Source of the DNA: Candidatus Woesearchaeota archaeon | GTDB lineage: Archaea; Nanobdellota; Nanobdellia; Pacearchaeales; GW2011-AR1 | DNA length: 64,000 bases | Reading direction: 5' to 3' | Assembly (NCBI GenBank): GCA_964409005.1 | Contig: CAYPBR010000001.1 | Location: forward strand, 18,383-82,382 | Part shown: positions 28,379 to 37,971 of the stretch, one piece after another | Position numbering within the stretch: position 1 is the stretch's first letter | Layout: the number at the start of each line of letters is the position of its first letter | The notes under the pieces: generated by a model | Databases searched by the model: none | Told to the model about the DNA's origin: nothing | Seen by the model: only the letters and a program-made list of their open reading frames with translations | Position numbers and translations under genes: made by a program

Positions 28379-29290
28379 TTAAAATGGTATCTCATCATCA
28401 TCCAAGATTTCAGCATCTTTAGTGCTGATTGTATTTTTCTTCTTTACTGTTGTTGTTTTCTTCCCAGTTTTCTTTTTAGATGCGGAGCTTTGTTTTGGTT
28501 CCAACTCTTGCTCTTCATATTCACCTTCACTTTCAGTTTCATCTTCACCGTTATAAAGAGCAACTACCTTTTCCAAATCATCTGTAAAATCAAATTCCTT
28601 TGAAGTTTCAGGTATGTCATCTTCGGCAATTTCAAATTCAATAACTTTCTTCATTGGTGTTATTGATTTAAGTTCAGAATACAACTTTTCACCTTCTTTC
28701 CCTTTAAGAAAATCAAGAGGCCTATTAACTAAATCCTCTCCACTGGAAATAAAATCATAAGGATAATCACCAGTTTCCTCATCGATTTCAATTAGTTTAA
28801 AAACTTTTTTCAATTGTGAATGTGTTAGTGAAAGTTTTCCAACTTGAATCGATTCAAGATCAGGTACATACCTTTTCATCGGTTTGCCAGTTTTCTTGTT
28901 TTTTCCTTGTTTTAACTTATTACCTAACTTTATAGCTTTAAAGACAGCGCCATAATTTGCTCTCAATTTATTGCCTCTTTCATTATATTCCTTTACAACT
29001 GCTTTATCGCCATCTGTTTTTGCTTCTTTTTTAATATCATATTGATCTTTAGCAAGAGAACAAAGATCACATTCTTCAACAGCCCACCCCTTCCCTTCAA
29101 GTCCGCCTGCACAAACTCTACGAAGTGTTTTTTCGCCAATAGGAACCCAGTGAATAAATCCTTGCTCAAAATCTTCTTCAAGAAAAATGATCCAATTATG
29201 ACCATCTTCAATCTTAATAATATCTCCTCTTGAACTATCTACTGCTGATTCCGCTTCTTGTCTATCTTCTTCTTTTGACAACTTTGCCAT
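28379..29290 (-). CDS. single-stranded DNA-binding protein, T4 gp32-like
   Basis: C-terminal acidic tail ending 'DDDEIPF', the SSB-type tip. His plus three Cys 'HWVPIGEKTLRRVCAGG...CDLC' spaced like the gp32 zinc site. Length similar to gp32. Confidence 0.55.
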   Translation of the reverse strand: MAKLSKEEDRQEAESAVDSSRGDIIKIEDGHNWIIFLEEDFEQGFIHWVPIGEKTLRRVCAGGLEGKGWAVEECDLCSLAKDQYDIKKEAKTDGDKAVVKEYNERGNKLRANYGAVFKAIKLGNKLKQGKNKKTGKPMKRYVPDLESIQVGKLSLTHSQLKKVFKLIEIDEETGDYPYDFISSGEDLVNRPLDFLKGKEGEKLYSELKSITPMKKVIEFEIAEDDIPETSKEFDFTDDLEKVVALYNGEDETESEGEYEEQELEPKQSSASKKKTGKKTTTVKKKNTISTKDAEILDDDEIPF

Positions 29291-29304
29291 TTTTTTTCTC
29301 CTTG

Positions 29305-29844
29305 TTATTTTTTAGCACTTAAAGAAGTACTTTGTTTTTTTTCTGTTATAATAGGGTTTTCTTCTTCAAACATTTTTTCTTCTCTATTAATTTTTGCTTT
29401 AATCGACCGCATTAATTCAGATTGTATTTCAAAGGCTTTCATTACTCTTTTTACTTTTTCAAGCGCACTACTAACCTGTCGCATTTTTTTTCTTTTTATA
29501 TTATATTCTTCAACATTATCTAAAATTGCTTTTTCTTCAACTTTACCTTCAGTAGCTTTTGCATCCAACCCTTTTCTTGATACACTTTTTATTCGTCTGA
29601 TGAACATAGAATATTCATCATTTAATAACTCTGAATAGGTTAACAAGTCACCCCTCACAACTCCCCATCTCGCATACTTAGATGCACATTGAGCCATTTT
29701 AGACATTAAATCTGCTGGTAGTGCTTGATTAACTAAAAGCTGTTCGCTTATTCTAACCTTTAGTCCACCGCCATCCGGCATAACAATTTTTATCAAATCA
29801 AAATCAACATCAAAATCTTTTAACTTTATTTTTTTAACTGGCAT
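29305..29844 (-). CDS. hypothetical protein (179 aa)
   Basis: Adjacent to the SSB and recombinase; no recognisable motif. Confidence 0.45.
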   Translation of the reverse strand: MPVKKIKLKDFDVDFDLIKIVMPDGGGLKVRISEQLLVNQALPADLMSKMAQCASKYARWGVVRGDLLTYSELLNDEYSMFIRRIKSVSRKGLDAKATEGKVEEKAILDNVEEYNIKRKKMRQVSSALEKVKRVMKAFEIQSELMRSIKAKINREEKMFEEENPIITEKKQSTSLSAKK

Positions 29845-30151
29845 ATACTGTCTCCGGTTTTAGTGTCCATAAAGGCAGTAAATCTTGTTTAACTATTTGT
29901 TTCATTTCCTTATCAAAGGATTTTAAGTTTGTTAATACAGAATGTTTTCCACCACTGTAGCCTGAAATAACAACTCCTTTTCTAATACGCATTCCAAGTT
30001 TTTTAATACAGTCTTCAGGATGACAATAAACAAACAATAAATTATTCAATGTTTCACTCTTTCCATTAAACAATAATATAATTGTCAAGTCACCACCATA
30101 ATCTTTATAAATCTTTCCATGCGGTGACTTGACATATCCTTTGCAACACAT
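29834..30151 (-). CDS. hypothetical protein (105 aa)
   Basis: Minus-strand ORF. Confidence 0.4.
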   Translation of the reverse strand: MCCKGYVKSPHGKIYKDYGGDLTIILLFNGKSETLNNLLFVYCHPEDCIKKLGMRIRKGVVISGYSGGKHSVLTNLKSFDKEMKQIVKQDLLPLWTLKPETVYAS

Positions 30152-30180
30152 AACTCTATATGCAGATTCACTCTTGCACT

Positions 30181-30762
30181 TTAGAAGTCTTCGTCCAATA
30201 GTTCCTCGTCCGACTTCTCTTGGTAATCCTCGTCCTGTTGCTCCTCTTCTTCCACGAACTCCTCGTCGAGCTCCTCGTCCGCAAACTCTTCTTTGCCCGG
30301 CTTTACTTTCGGCTTTGCTTTCGGCTTTGCTTTTGGCTTTACTACTGCTGTCTTTTTTTTTACGACCGGCTTTGCTTTCGGCTTTGTTTTTGACTTTACT
30401 ACTGCTGTCTTTTTTTTTACGACCGGCTTCTTTACAACAGACTTCTTTGTAGTAGAACCGCGAACAGTACCATATCCCTCTTTGACAGCCATTTTTGCAA
30501 CAACCTGAGCTGCTGAACTACAACCAAGTTCCTTTAATTTAGCAGTAGCCTTCTTCCGGTTACCATCTGTCTTTGTAAGTACCTCTCTTGCAACCTGTGA
30601 ATAGCTTTTACCACCGGCAACATTAGCAGAAGGTCTATATCCAGGATTCTTCTTGGTTACAGACTTCTTTTTTGCAACAGGATTTTTTGCCGTTGTTTTC
30701 TTTGCAACGGGCTTTTTTGTCGCTGTTTTCTTTTTCTTTACAACCATTTTCTTCTTCGCCAT
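30181..30762 (-). CDS. histone H1-like lysine-rich DNA-binding protein with an acidic C-terminal tail
   Basis: AKKKxVVKKK(T/P) repeats; internal tandem DNA repeat near 30290-30430; C-terminus 'DEELDEEFVEEEEQQDEDYQEKSDEELLDEDF'. Confidence 0.55.
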   Translation of the reverse strand: MAKKKMVVKKKKTATKKPVAKKTTAKNPVAKKKSVTKKNPGYRPSANVAGGKSYSQVAREVLTKTDGNRKKATAKLKELGCSSAAQVVAKMAVKEGYGTVRGSTTKKSVVKKPVVKKKTAVVKSKTKPKAKPVVKKKTAVVKPKAKPKAKPKVKPGKEEFADEELDEEFVEEEEQQDEDYQEKSDEELLDEDF

Positions 30763-30806
30763 CTGCTTTCTCCTTCATAAATTTTTATTTATATACTATA
30801 TACTAT

Positions 30807-30838
30807 ATATAAACCCATGAAAATGTAAATCGTCCACT
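30807..30838 (-). promoter_or_regulatory. conserved intergenic motif M1 (GTGGACGATTTACATTTTCATGGGTTTATATA) with an embedded sigma-70-like -35 and -10
   Basis: TTTACA, then 16 nt, then TATAGT, when read on the minus strand. Sits between dnaE and the H1-like gene. Confidence 0.4.
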
Positions 30839-30845
30839 CTTTTTT

Positions 30846-33800
30846 TTACAAATTAATATTATTTAGCAAATCTCTCAATTTTCTAAATGGCTTTTTTACC
30901 TTTTCAAAGCCAATTCCAACAAGAATTTTGCCATTACTTAATTTCCCCTGTGCAACATAATAATCATCATTACTAGCTTCATCCAAAACTTTAGCACACA
31001 TCTTATATATATTATGAAATACAACTATTTCAGTTTGATTATTTTCCCAGTCTTTTCCAACAAGAAATATCATTTTCTTATTATTCTTATCAACTATATT
31101 TTTTTTACTTAATATTTTAAAACAATAATATTGATCTCCACTATCTAAATGCTGATTTAATAAAGCTGTTTTTTTATTTTTAATTATATAACTAAGTTTT
31201 TTTATCGTTTCGACAGATTCACTACAAAAAATATTAAACTTACAAACTTCTTTCTCCAATTTCCTTTTCTCTTCCATTGTAAAATCACCTCTATCTTTAT
31301 ATTTATTCCAATGTTTCCATAATTCCTTTCTTACAACCTTCTCATCTTTATTCTTATACTTAGTTTTAACTACCGACCAATTAACCCAAAAATCATGTAG
31401 TGCTTTTCTATTGCCGTTTAAATTATCAAAGGCACCTATATCTATAAGATTTAAAATAGCAGTCTTATTGGATTTCATTTTCAATTCTTTTATACAAAAA
31501 TCAGAAAAAGAAATAAACGGTTTTGCCTTAGATATTTCAAACGGTAACGCACTTCCAACTCCATGTACAATTGACAAAGGTACTCTTATATTTTCACCTT
31601 CCATATAAAATTTATCAGTAGATTTACCTATATCAATTTTATTAAAAACATTAGCATTAGTTTTACGTTTCATAAAATTCATATAAACTTCCAGCTCATT
31701 TCTCTTTTTAAAATCTTGAACTGATTCTTTATTTTCAACAGTATTAAGTAAAGCAGTAAAATAATATTTTGTATAATATTCTCTCATGTATAGTGTCTGC
31801 ATTGCTATGATAGAATACGATACAGAATGACTCCTATTAAAACTATACTCAGCAAAATAAGCTAATTTATCAATCAACTTATCAATTGCTTTATCTTCCA
31901 TTTGAGCATTTTCTCTTGCTCCCTTTCTAAGTTTAGTCATTGTAACAACTAATCTTTTATCCAATTTTTTATTTTCAGTACTTGTTTCCATTAAATATAA
32001 ATCTTTAAAAATCTTTCTTGATTTATCGGCTTCTTCAAGCGTGAAACCACCAAGTTTATGAAGTATCTCTATAAATTGTTCTTGATACGCAATAGTTCCA
32101 TAAGTACTATTAAGAATCTCACCGAAAATTGGCACTTTATAATGTTCGCTAAATTTCTTTCCTAACTGTTTAAGTTTTCTTCTTCTATGTACATATTTCA
32201 TATGCTCATTTGCCTTTACCACTGCAGGTCTATATAGTGCATTTATAACCGCCACATCTTCAAAATTTTCAGGCTGTACTTCTTTTAAAAAACTATTTAT
32301 TCCATAAGCCTCAAATTGAAAAATACCAATACAATCTTCATTGCATAGTACTTCATATAAATGTTTATCATATATATAAGCCGATACATCATTAAGATCA
32401 ATTTGTATACCAAGATCATCTTCAACCATCTGTACAGCATTTTTCAATATACTTACATTTTCAAGTCCTAATATATCAATCTTCAATACTCCAAGTTGTG
32501 TTAATTCTCTAAAATCTTTTCCCTCTTTAAATGCTGTTACTATATCTCCTTTAATTTTAGACACTGGTATATAATCATAAATAGGACTTGGAGTAATAAC
32601 TGTACCTCCAGCATGTCTACTAAATTGTCTTATTCTACCTATTAATCTATCTGCCATTAAAAACATTTCTTTATTCTTTTTAAAATAAGTCTTTTCTTTA
32701 TTTGTCCATTCTTTGTCTTTTATTTGATCTTTAAGATAATAAATAGCACCAACATTATCATTATCTATCTTTTTAATTATAGTTCTAAACTCATCATCTT
32801 TATCTTTTTCTTTTACACGGGCCATATCCCACAATGCACCCTTTGTCCTAAATGTACTAAATGTAATTATATGTGCAACTCGATCTTCGCCATATTTCTG
32901 TTTTAAGTACTCTTCAATTTCAGATTTACGACTACTTTCAAAATCTAAGTCAATATCAGGAGCATCATTTCTATCCTTATTTAAAAATCTTTCAAACAAT
33001 AAATTAAATTTTATAGGATCAACTTTTGTTATTTCCAATAAATAAGAAATAAGCGAGCCAGCCGCACTCCCTCTTCCCGGCCCAACTGCTATATCTTTCT
33101 TATTACAAAAATTAATAATATCATGTACAATCAAAAAATAATCAGCATAATTTTTATCTATAATTACCTTTAATTCTTTTTTAGTTCTTTCAATATAATT
33201 TTCAGGTATTTTCAATCCGTTAAATATTCTTTTTAATCCTTTTTTACACTCTACTTTAAGCATAACATTTGAATTTACTTCATATCCATCTTTATCAATA
33301 AAAGCAGGAAACTTATTTTCTTCATCAGATAAACTAAAATTACATTTGTCAGCAACATCTTTAGTAGTTTTAATTGCATTATCCATTACATGCTTTGCAA
33401 ATCCATATCTTAACTTTTTGTTTACCTCATAATAATATTCAGGTGTATGAAAATATAATTGTCTAGCATCAAATCTAAAAATGCTTTTATCACTTTCTTT
33501 TTTTCTTTGATTAATCATTAATAAATAATCTTGTAATTCAACATCATTCTTTTTTATATAATGACAATCACCAGTAGCTACATAGTCAATTCCATGCTGT
33601 TGACATAAATATTGAATACCTCTTGTTACATCTACTTGATCTTTTATTTCATTAAAATGTAATTCTCCATAAAAATCATCTTTAAATACTTTTTTCCATC
33701 TTAAAAATATTTTTTCTGCTTTTTGCATATTTCCATTTATTAAAGGTTCTGCAATTATACCTCCCATACACGCTGTAAGGCATATTAACCCTTTTGAATG

Positions 33801-34175
33801 TTTTAATACAAAATCTGTTGTAGTTCTTCCCTTATAGTAAAATCCATTCTTAAATGAATCATAATTTATTTTAAGTAAATTTTTATACCCTGTTTTATTC
33901 TTTGCTAAAAGGACTACATGCTTATTAGTTCTTTTTTCCTTCCCTTTTCCATTATCTCTATTGTCATTCAAATAAAATTCACATCCAATAATAGGTTTAA
34001 TTCCATTCTTCTTACAGCTATTTGAAAATCTCAATACACCTGACATGCTACCATGATCTGCTATTGCAATTGCTTTCATCCCGACTTCTTTAGCTTTTTC
34101 CACGTATTCTTCAGGACTCGGAATTCCGTCAAGCAACGAATAATAAGTATGAATATGTAATTGACAAAAATTCAT
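30846..34175 (-). CDS. dnaE: DNA polymerase III alpha subunit (DnaE-type, with N-terminal PHP domain)
   Basis: 'QLHIHTYYSLLDGIPSPEEYVEKAKEVGMKAIAIADHGSMSGV' is the PHP domain. 'GPGRGSAAGSLISYLLEITKVDP' is the Pol III alpha palm. Length 1109 aa. Confidence 0.9.
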   Translation of the reverse strand: MNFCQLHIHTYYSLLDGIPSPEEYVEKAKEVGMKAIAIADHGSMSGVLRFSNSCKKNGIKPIIGCEFYLNDNRDNGKGKEKRTNKHVVLLAKNKTGYKNLLKINYDSFKNGFYYKGRTTTDFVLKHSKGLICLTACMGGIIAEPLINGNMQKAEKIFLRWKKVFKDDFYGELHFNEIKDQVDVTRGIQYLCQQHGIDYVATGDCHYIKKNDVELQDYLLMINQRKKESDKSIFRFDARQLYFHTPEYYYEVNKKLRYGFAKHVMDNAIKTTKDVADKCNFSLSDEENKFPAFIDKDGYEVNSNVMLKVECKKGLKRIFNGLKIPENYIERTKKELKVIIDKNYADYFLIVHDIINFCNKKDIAVGPGRGSAAGSLISYLLEITKVDPIKFNLLFERFLNKDRNDAPDIDLDFESSRKSEIEEYLKQKYGEDRVAHIITFSTFRTKGALWDMARVKEKDKDDEFRTIIKKIDNDNVGAIYYLKDQIKDKEWTNKEKTYFKKNKEMFLMADRLIGRIRQFSRHAGGTVITPSPIYDYIPVSKIKGDIVTAFKEGKDFRELTQLGVLKIDILGLENVSILKNAVQMVEDDLGIQIDLNDVSAYIYDKHLYEVLCNEDCIGIFQFEAYGINSFLKEVQPENFEDVAVINALYRPAVVKANEHMKYVHRRRKLKQLGKKFSEHYKVPIFGEILNSTYGTIAYQEQFIEILHKLGGFTLEEADKSRKIFKDLYLMETSTENKKLDKRLVVTMTKLRKGARENAQMEDKAIDKLIDKLAYFAEYSFNRSHSVSYSIIAMQTLYMREYYTKYYFTALLNTVENKESVQDFKKRNELEVYMNFMKRKTNANVFNKIDIGKSTDKFYMEGENIRVPLSIVHGVGSALPFEISKAKPFISFSDFCIKELKMKSNKTAILNLIDIGAFDNLNGNRKALHDFWVNWSVVKTKYKNKDEKVVRKELWKHWNKYKDRGDFTMEEKRKLEKEVCKFNIFCSESVETIKKLSYIIKNKKTALLNQHLDSGDQYYCFKILSKKNIVDKNNKKMIFLVGKDWENNQTEIVVFHNIYKMCAKVLDEASNDDYYVAQGKLSNGKILVGIGFEKVKKPFRKLRDLLNNINL

Positions 34176-34475
34176 TTACGCTCCCTTCCTTTTTTTTATC
34201 CTGTCCTTTATCTTTTGTGATAACTGTTATATTATTTCTAATATAACCTCATCTGAAAAGTTGTCTGTATACTTCAAGACATCACGCACTATAACTTTTT
34301 GTTTCATATTTATATCTCTTTTATTTAATTTCTCCATAAAACCATGAAAAAACTATACATGGTAATAGATTAAAATAAATCATTTCTTTCTTTTTGTCCA
34401 CAAACACACCCACCCAAAAATCATATAAAGCAAAAAATAATTTAAACCTTTTACTTTTTTTCATTTAGTAATCCT

Positions 34476-35102
34476 TTAAGGTCTTTTTCTTCTATAAAAA
34501 TATTCAGATGGAAGCCAGTAATGAGCCTTCAATCCCTTAACATTCCAAATCAATATCTCCGAATGAAATTCAACATTTACAAATACATCCAAAGGCATAC
34601 TAATTATTGATGTTATTTCAGCTTTACAATCGTCTCTAAAATATTCTGATCGTTTACTAAATACCCTTTGATTTAAGCGAAAACCCATAGGAGCAAATAA
34701 CACTACTGAAACTTTCTCTCCAAACAATTCAAATATCTTTTTAAGAAAAACTTCAGGCATTAATTGCCGACCTTTAATATTATTAAAAGGTGGATTGCAC
34801 ATTACTAATGATGGTTTTTCAACATGGTCATAATCCGGTAAACCAAGAAAATCTTCATGAAGAAATGTATTCAAATTATTTTTTATTTTCTTATCATCAA
34901 TTCCTATAGTATAACAATTCTTAAATGCTTCTGCCAATCTTCCATCGCCGCATCCCACATCAACTATTCTTGGACGTTTACCACTAATATTGTTATACAA
35001 TAATTCAGCTAAAAAGTCACATATTCCGTAAGGAGTTTTAATATCGCATTTCTTCTTGTTTTCATGATAGTTATTTCTCGTTACTGTAAGTGGTGATGCC
35101 AT
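34476..35102 (-). CDS. SAM-dependent methyltransferase with an NPPF motif (gamma-class amino-MTase; DNA N6-adenine MTase candidate)
   Basis: Motif I 'IVDVGCGDGRLAEAF'; motif IV 'LVMCNPPFNN'. Confidence 0.55.
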   Translation of the reverse strand: MASPLTVTRNNYHENKKKCDIKTPYGICDFLAELLYNNISGKRPRIVDVGCGDGRLAEAFKNCYTIGIDDKKIKNNLNTFLHEDFLGLPDYDHVEKPSLVMCNPPFNNIKGRQLMPEVFLKKIFELFGEKVSVVLFAPMGFRLNQRVFSKRSEYFRDDCKAEITSIISMPLDVFVNVEFHSEILIWNVKGLKAHYWLPSEYFYRRKRP

Positions 35103-35103
35103 T

Positions 35104-35358
35104 TTATTTTACCTCACTTTTTTCAAATAATATATAGCCTATATCTTTCAACCATTCTTTTCTGTACTTATAACCATCAGCGTCAATATAATCATAAAAT
35201 TTTTTATCGTTACCAGTTGTAAATTTTACATCTATTGTTTTGCCCATTTTTCTCTGCATACTAATAACAAATCCATAATCCCCTCTTTCATCATGGCCTA
35301 TAAATGATAATTTTAAATAATCCGGCATTTTTTTAAAACATTTTACTGTAGCTTTCAT
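35104..35358 (-). CDS. hypothetical protein (84 aa)
   Basis: Minus-strand ORF. Confidence 0.45.
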   Translation of the reverse strand: MKATVKCFKKMPDYLKLSFIGHDERGDYGFVISMQRKMGKTIDVKFTTGNDKKFYDYIDADGYKYRKEWLKDIGYILFEKSEVK

Positions 35359-35370
35359 TTTTTTATTCCT

Positions 35371-36522
35371 TTATTTTTTTATCTCCTTCCAAGTATCATT
35401 TAATCTTCCCTTTATAATATTAATACTACTTTTATCCTTCTCAATCAATATGCACTTTCTATTGTTTTTCATACAAGCAACTCCAACAGTTCCAGCACCA
35501 GCAAATGGTTCTAATATAGTTTGTTTAGGTATAGTAAACTTTTCCAACAGTATTTCAAATCCTGCTACTGCCTGTTGCCAAGGATGAAGTTCTTTTTCTT
35601 CCTTTAAATCACTTTCAAAAAAATCAACAGTCATAAATCTTTGTTTTTTTATTGGCAATTTTTGAAATATTATAATAGACCTATAAAGTTGATATATATT
35701 TCTCGGAAAAACCCTAGCGTGTTTACCACGTAATTTCATACACATCTGCCAATAATACTCAAGATGTTCTTCCATCCTATTTAACACTTCAGGTAAATAA
35801 TAAACTCCTGTATATGTAATACAAAACCCACTCGGTTTAAGCACTCTATTAGCTACTTCACCTAACTGACTCCATAATGGTAAAAATTTCTTTGGATAAG
35901 GAGGATCAGTTATTATATGATCTATAGAATTAGGCTTTATATTTTCCATACAATAAGAATAAAAGTCACCGTGTATTACAGAAAACAATTCTTCTCCTTT
36001 ATACAAACTACCTTTCCTTTTCATTGCTTTCCTATCTTTTTCAGTCTTTTTCTCTCTTACTTTTTTAATAACTTTTTCTCTTGTAGGTAAATTTCCTTTT
36101 TTTGTTTCCTCATTGATTACTTCCTCTATAGCATCTTCATTATCAGCTAAAGTTTGAGCACGCATTATATCTGTTCTGTTAATACCAGTTTTTTGTAATG
36201 GAGTTAAGATCGTTACACCGGTGGAACGATCTGACTTCTTTTTTCTATATTTACCACTAATCGTTCCTCCGGACGTTCTAGGAACTTCCTTTAATAAATT
36301 TCCCATCTTCGCTTCTGCATACAATACTACTCCACCCATGAATTGAGTCTCTTCTAATTTTTGATCATAGACGCTCTTTGAAAGTCCTAATCTTTTAATT
36401 GCGTCTATTTGAACTTTATGAGATTCAATTCGTCTTTTCGTTATAATTATAAATTGTTTTAACTCATCAATCGTCGCCGGCAAATTCTCTTTTCTCAATA
36501 CTAACGCTTTTGATTTATCCAT
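35371..36522 (-). CDS. beta-class DNA amino-methyltransferase with an N-terminal extension
   Basis: 'DHIITDPPYPKKF' is motif IV; 'ILEPFAGAGTVGVAC' is motif I. Confidence 0.8.
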   Translation of the reverse strand: MDKSKALVLRKENLPATIDELKQFIIITKRRIESHKVQIDAIKRLGLSKSVYDQKLEETQFMGGVVLYAEAKMGNLLKEVPRTSGGTISGKYRKKKSDRSTGVTILTPLQKTGINRTDIMRAQTLADNEDAIEEVINEETKKGNLPTREKVIKKVREKKTEKDRKAMKRKGSLYKGEELFSVIHGDFYSYCMENIKPNSIDHIITDPPYPKKFLPLWSQLGEVANRVLKPSGFCITYTGVYYLPEVLNRMEEHLEYYWQMCMKLRGKHARVFPRNIYQLYRSIIIFQKLPIKKQRFMTVDFFESDLKEEKELHPWQQAVAGFEILLEKFTIPKQTILEPFAGAGTVGVACMKNNRKCILIEKDKSSINIIKGRLNDTWKEIKK

Positions 36523-37075
36523 TTGATTTCCTTTTAACTAATTTTATATCACTCTTTACTTCGTTTCCCCACACATCCCAACCTTTAATTTTCTCTCTTG
36601 CAAATAATTCTATTCTTAATAAATCACCAAACAGTTTTACAATTTTATCTCTAATAATATCTGGTTTGCGACTATGTTCACGAACAGGTGATACTATAAC
36701 TGAACGCACACTATGGGACAATCTTTTTAATGGTTTGCCCTTTGTTGCTAATAAACATATTTCAGCATTACTACGAGTATAATAACCCATTCCTAAAAAA
36801 ACACCCTTACCTGATTTATTCTTTTTAATCCAAGTAAATGCATTTGTTTTATATTCAAATCCCCAACTTTCTATTATTGGAATAGCCCAACTTAATTTAG
36901 GAAATGTAACCCACATAAGCAATACTGAATTCTCATCAGATATATTATTAACAGGTAATTTTTTTAATTCGTCTAATGTCATCGTACTATACTTGTTAAC
37001 AACATATCTACTACTTGATTGACCAAATTTATAATGCCATGGTGGATCAGCATATATTATTTTATATTTCTTCAC
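36515..37075 (-). CDS. MT-A70 / Dam-like N6-adenine DNA methyltransferase
   Basis: 'IIYADPPWHY' is the DPPW catalytic motif of the MT-A70 family. Confidence 0.8.
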   Translation of the reverse strand: MKKYKIIYADPPWHYKFGQSSSRYVVNKYSTMTLDELKKLPVNNISDENSVLLMWVTFPKLSWAIPIIESWGFEYKTNAFTWIKKNKSGKGVFLGMGYYTRSNAEICLLATKGKPLKRLSHSVRSVIVSPVREHSRKPDIIRDKIVKLFGDLLRIELFAREKIKGWDVWGNEVKSDIKLVKRKSNG

Positions 37076-37959
37076 AGGCGTACTTCTTTATTTTCCAACA
37101 TTTCAATAAGTTTATCAACCGTAAAATCTTGCTGTAATGTCGCGCATCGCCCTATGTGCGTAACATTTTTAATACTTGATACTTTAAGTCCCTTTATCAT
37201 TCTTCCAAAAGGAATCTGAATTGTCTTTAACACCTTACAGGAGTAATCTAAATCAACTTTTGGAATGAATACACGTTCGGACTCTACGCAAAACTGTTTT
37301 TCAGCGATCTTTGTAATTCGATAATAAGGTACACTTTTATCACAGTATACAAAATCAACATCTTTCATTTTTTTCGCAAGTGCATTACTCTCGATTATAC
37401 AAATATACATCTGTGCATTTACAACTTTAATAAATTCACCTTCTATTAATGAATCAAATAAAGGCACTGGTAATGTATTTATTAACTGATTGTAAAAATA
37501 CGCTATTTGAATCTGTTTGTGAACAGGATTAATTCCACTTAGCATTCTACTTTTTACATTAATCTTTTTTATATTTAAAAACATTTTTCTTGTTCTAATA
37601 TTAAATCTATTCATTAATTCCCGATATAATTTTACCATATCATATCCCTCAATATCAGTAAAATCATTATCAACGTTCCAATTGTTATCCATATAATCCT
37701 GCTTTAATGCATCACTAACTTTTGTTGTTACTTTATTATCAACAAAAAATCCAATTTTATAAACTCGAGGTTTAAAAAGTTTATAAGATTTTTCATTAAT
37801 AAACTTACTAATAAACTCATCCACTGCTTTTGTTCTTCTTAATATTTTCAAACCAGAATATTCAGCATCTTGTCCTTTACCTCTTGTAATAATACTGAAA
37901 GTTTTAAAATAAAAAGAAATTATTAAACCTGTTATGCCCCCACCTAATATTAAATTCAT
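37072..37959 (-). CDS. Rossmann-fold (GxGxxG) nucleotide-binding protein, possibly FAD/NAD-dependent
   Basis: N-terminal 'LILGGGITGLIISFY' is a dinucleotide-binding motif. Immediately upstream of the tandem methyltransferases. Confidence 0.4.
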   Translation of the reverse strand: MNLILGGGITGLIISFYFKTFSIITRGKGQDAEYSGLKILRRTKAVDEFISKFINEKSYKLFKPRVYKIGFFVDNKVTTKVSDALKQDYMDNNWNVDNDFTDIEGYDMVKLYRELMNRFNIRTRKMFLNIKKINVKSRMLSGINPVHKQIQIAYFYNQLINTLPVPLFDSLIEGEFIKVVNAQMYICIIESNALAKKMKDVDFVYCDKSVPYYRITKIAEKQFCVESERVFIPKVDLDYSCKVLKTIQIPFGRMIKGLKVSSIKNVTHIGRCATLQQDFTVDKLIEMLENKEVRL

Positions 37960-37971
37960 TTAAAGCTCCTT

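Noticed and set aside
28993-29211. Minus-strand ORF nested inside the SSB gene
   Set aside because: It lies entirely within the longer, motif-supported 28379..29290 ORF in a different frame.
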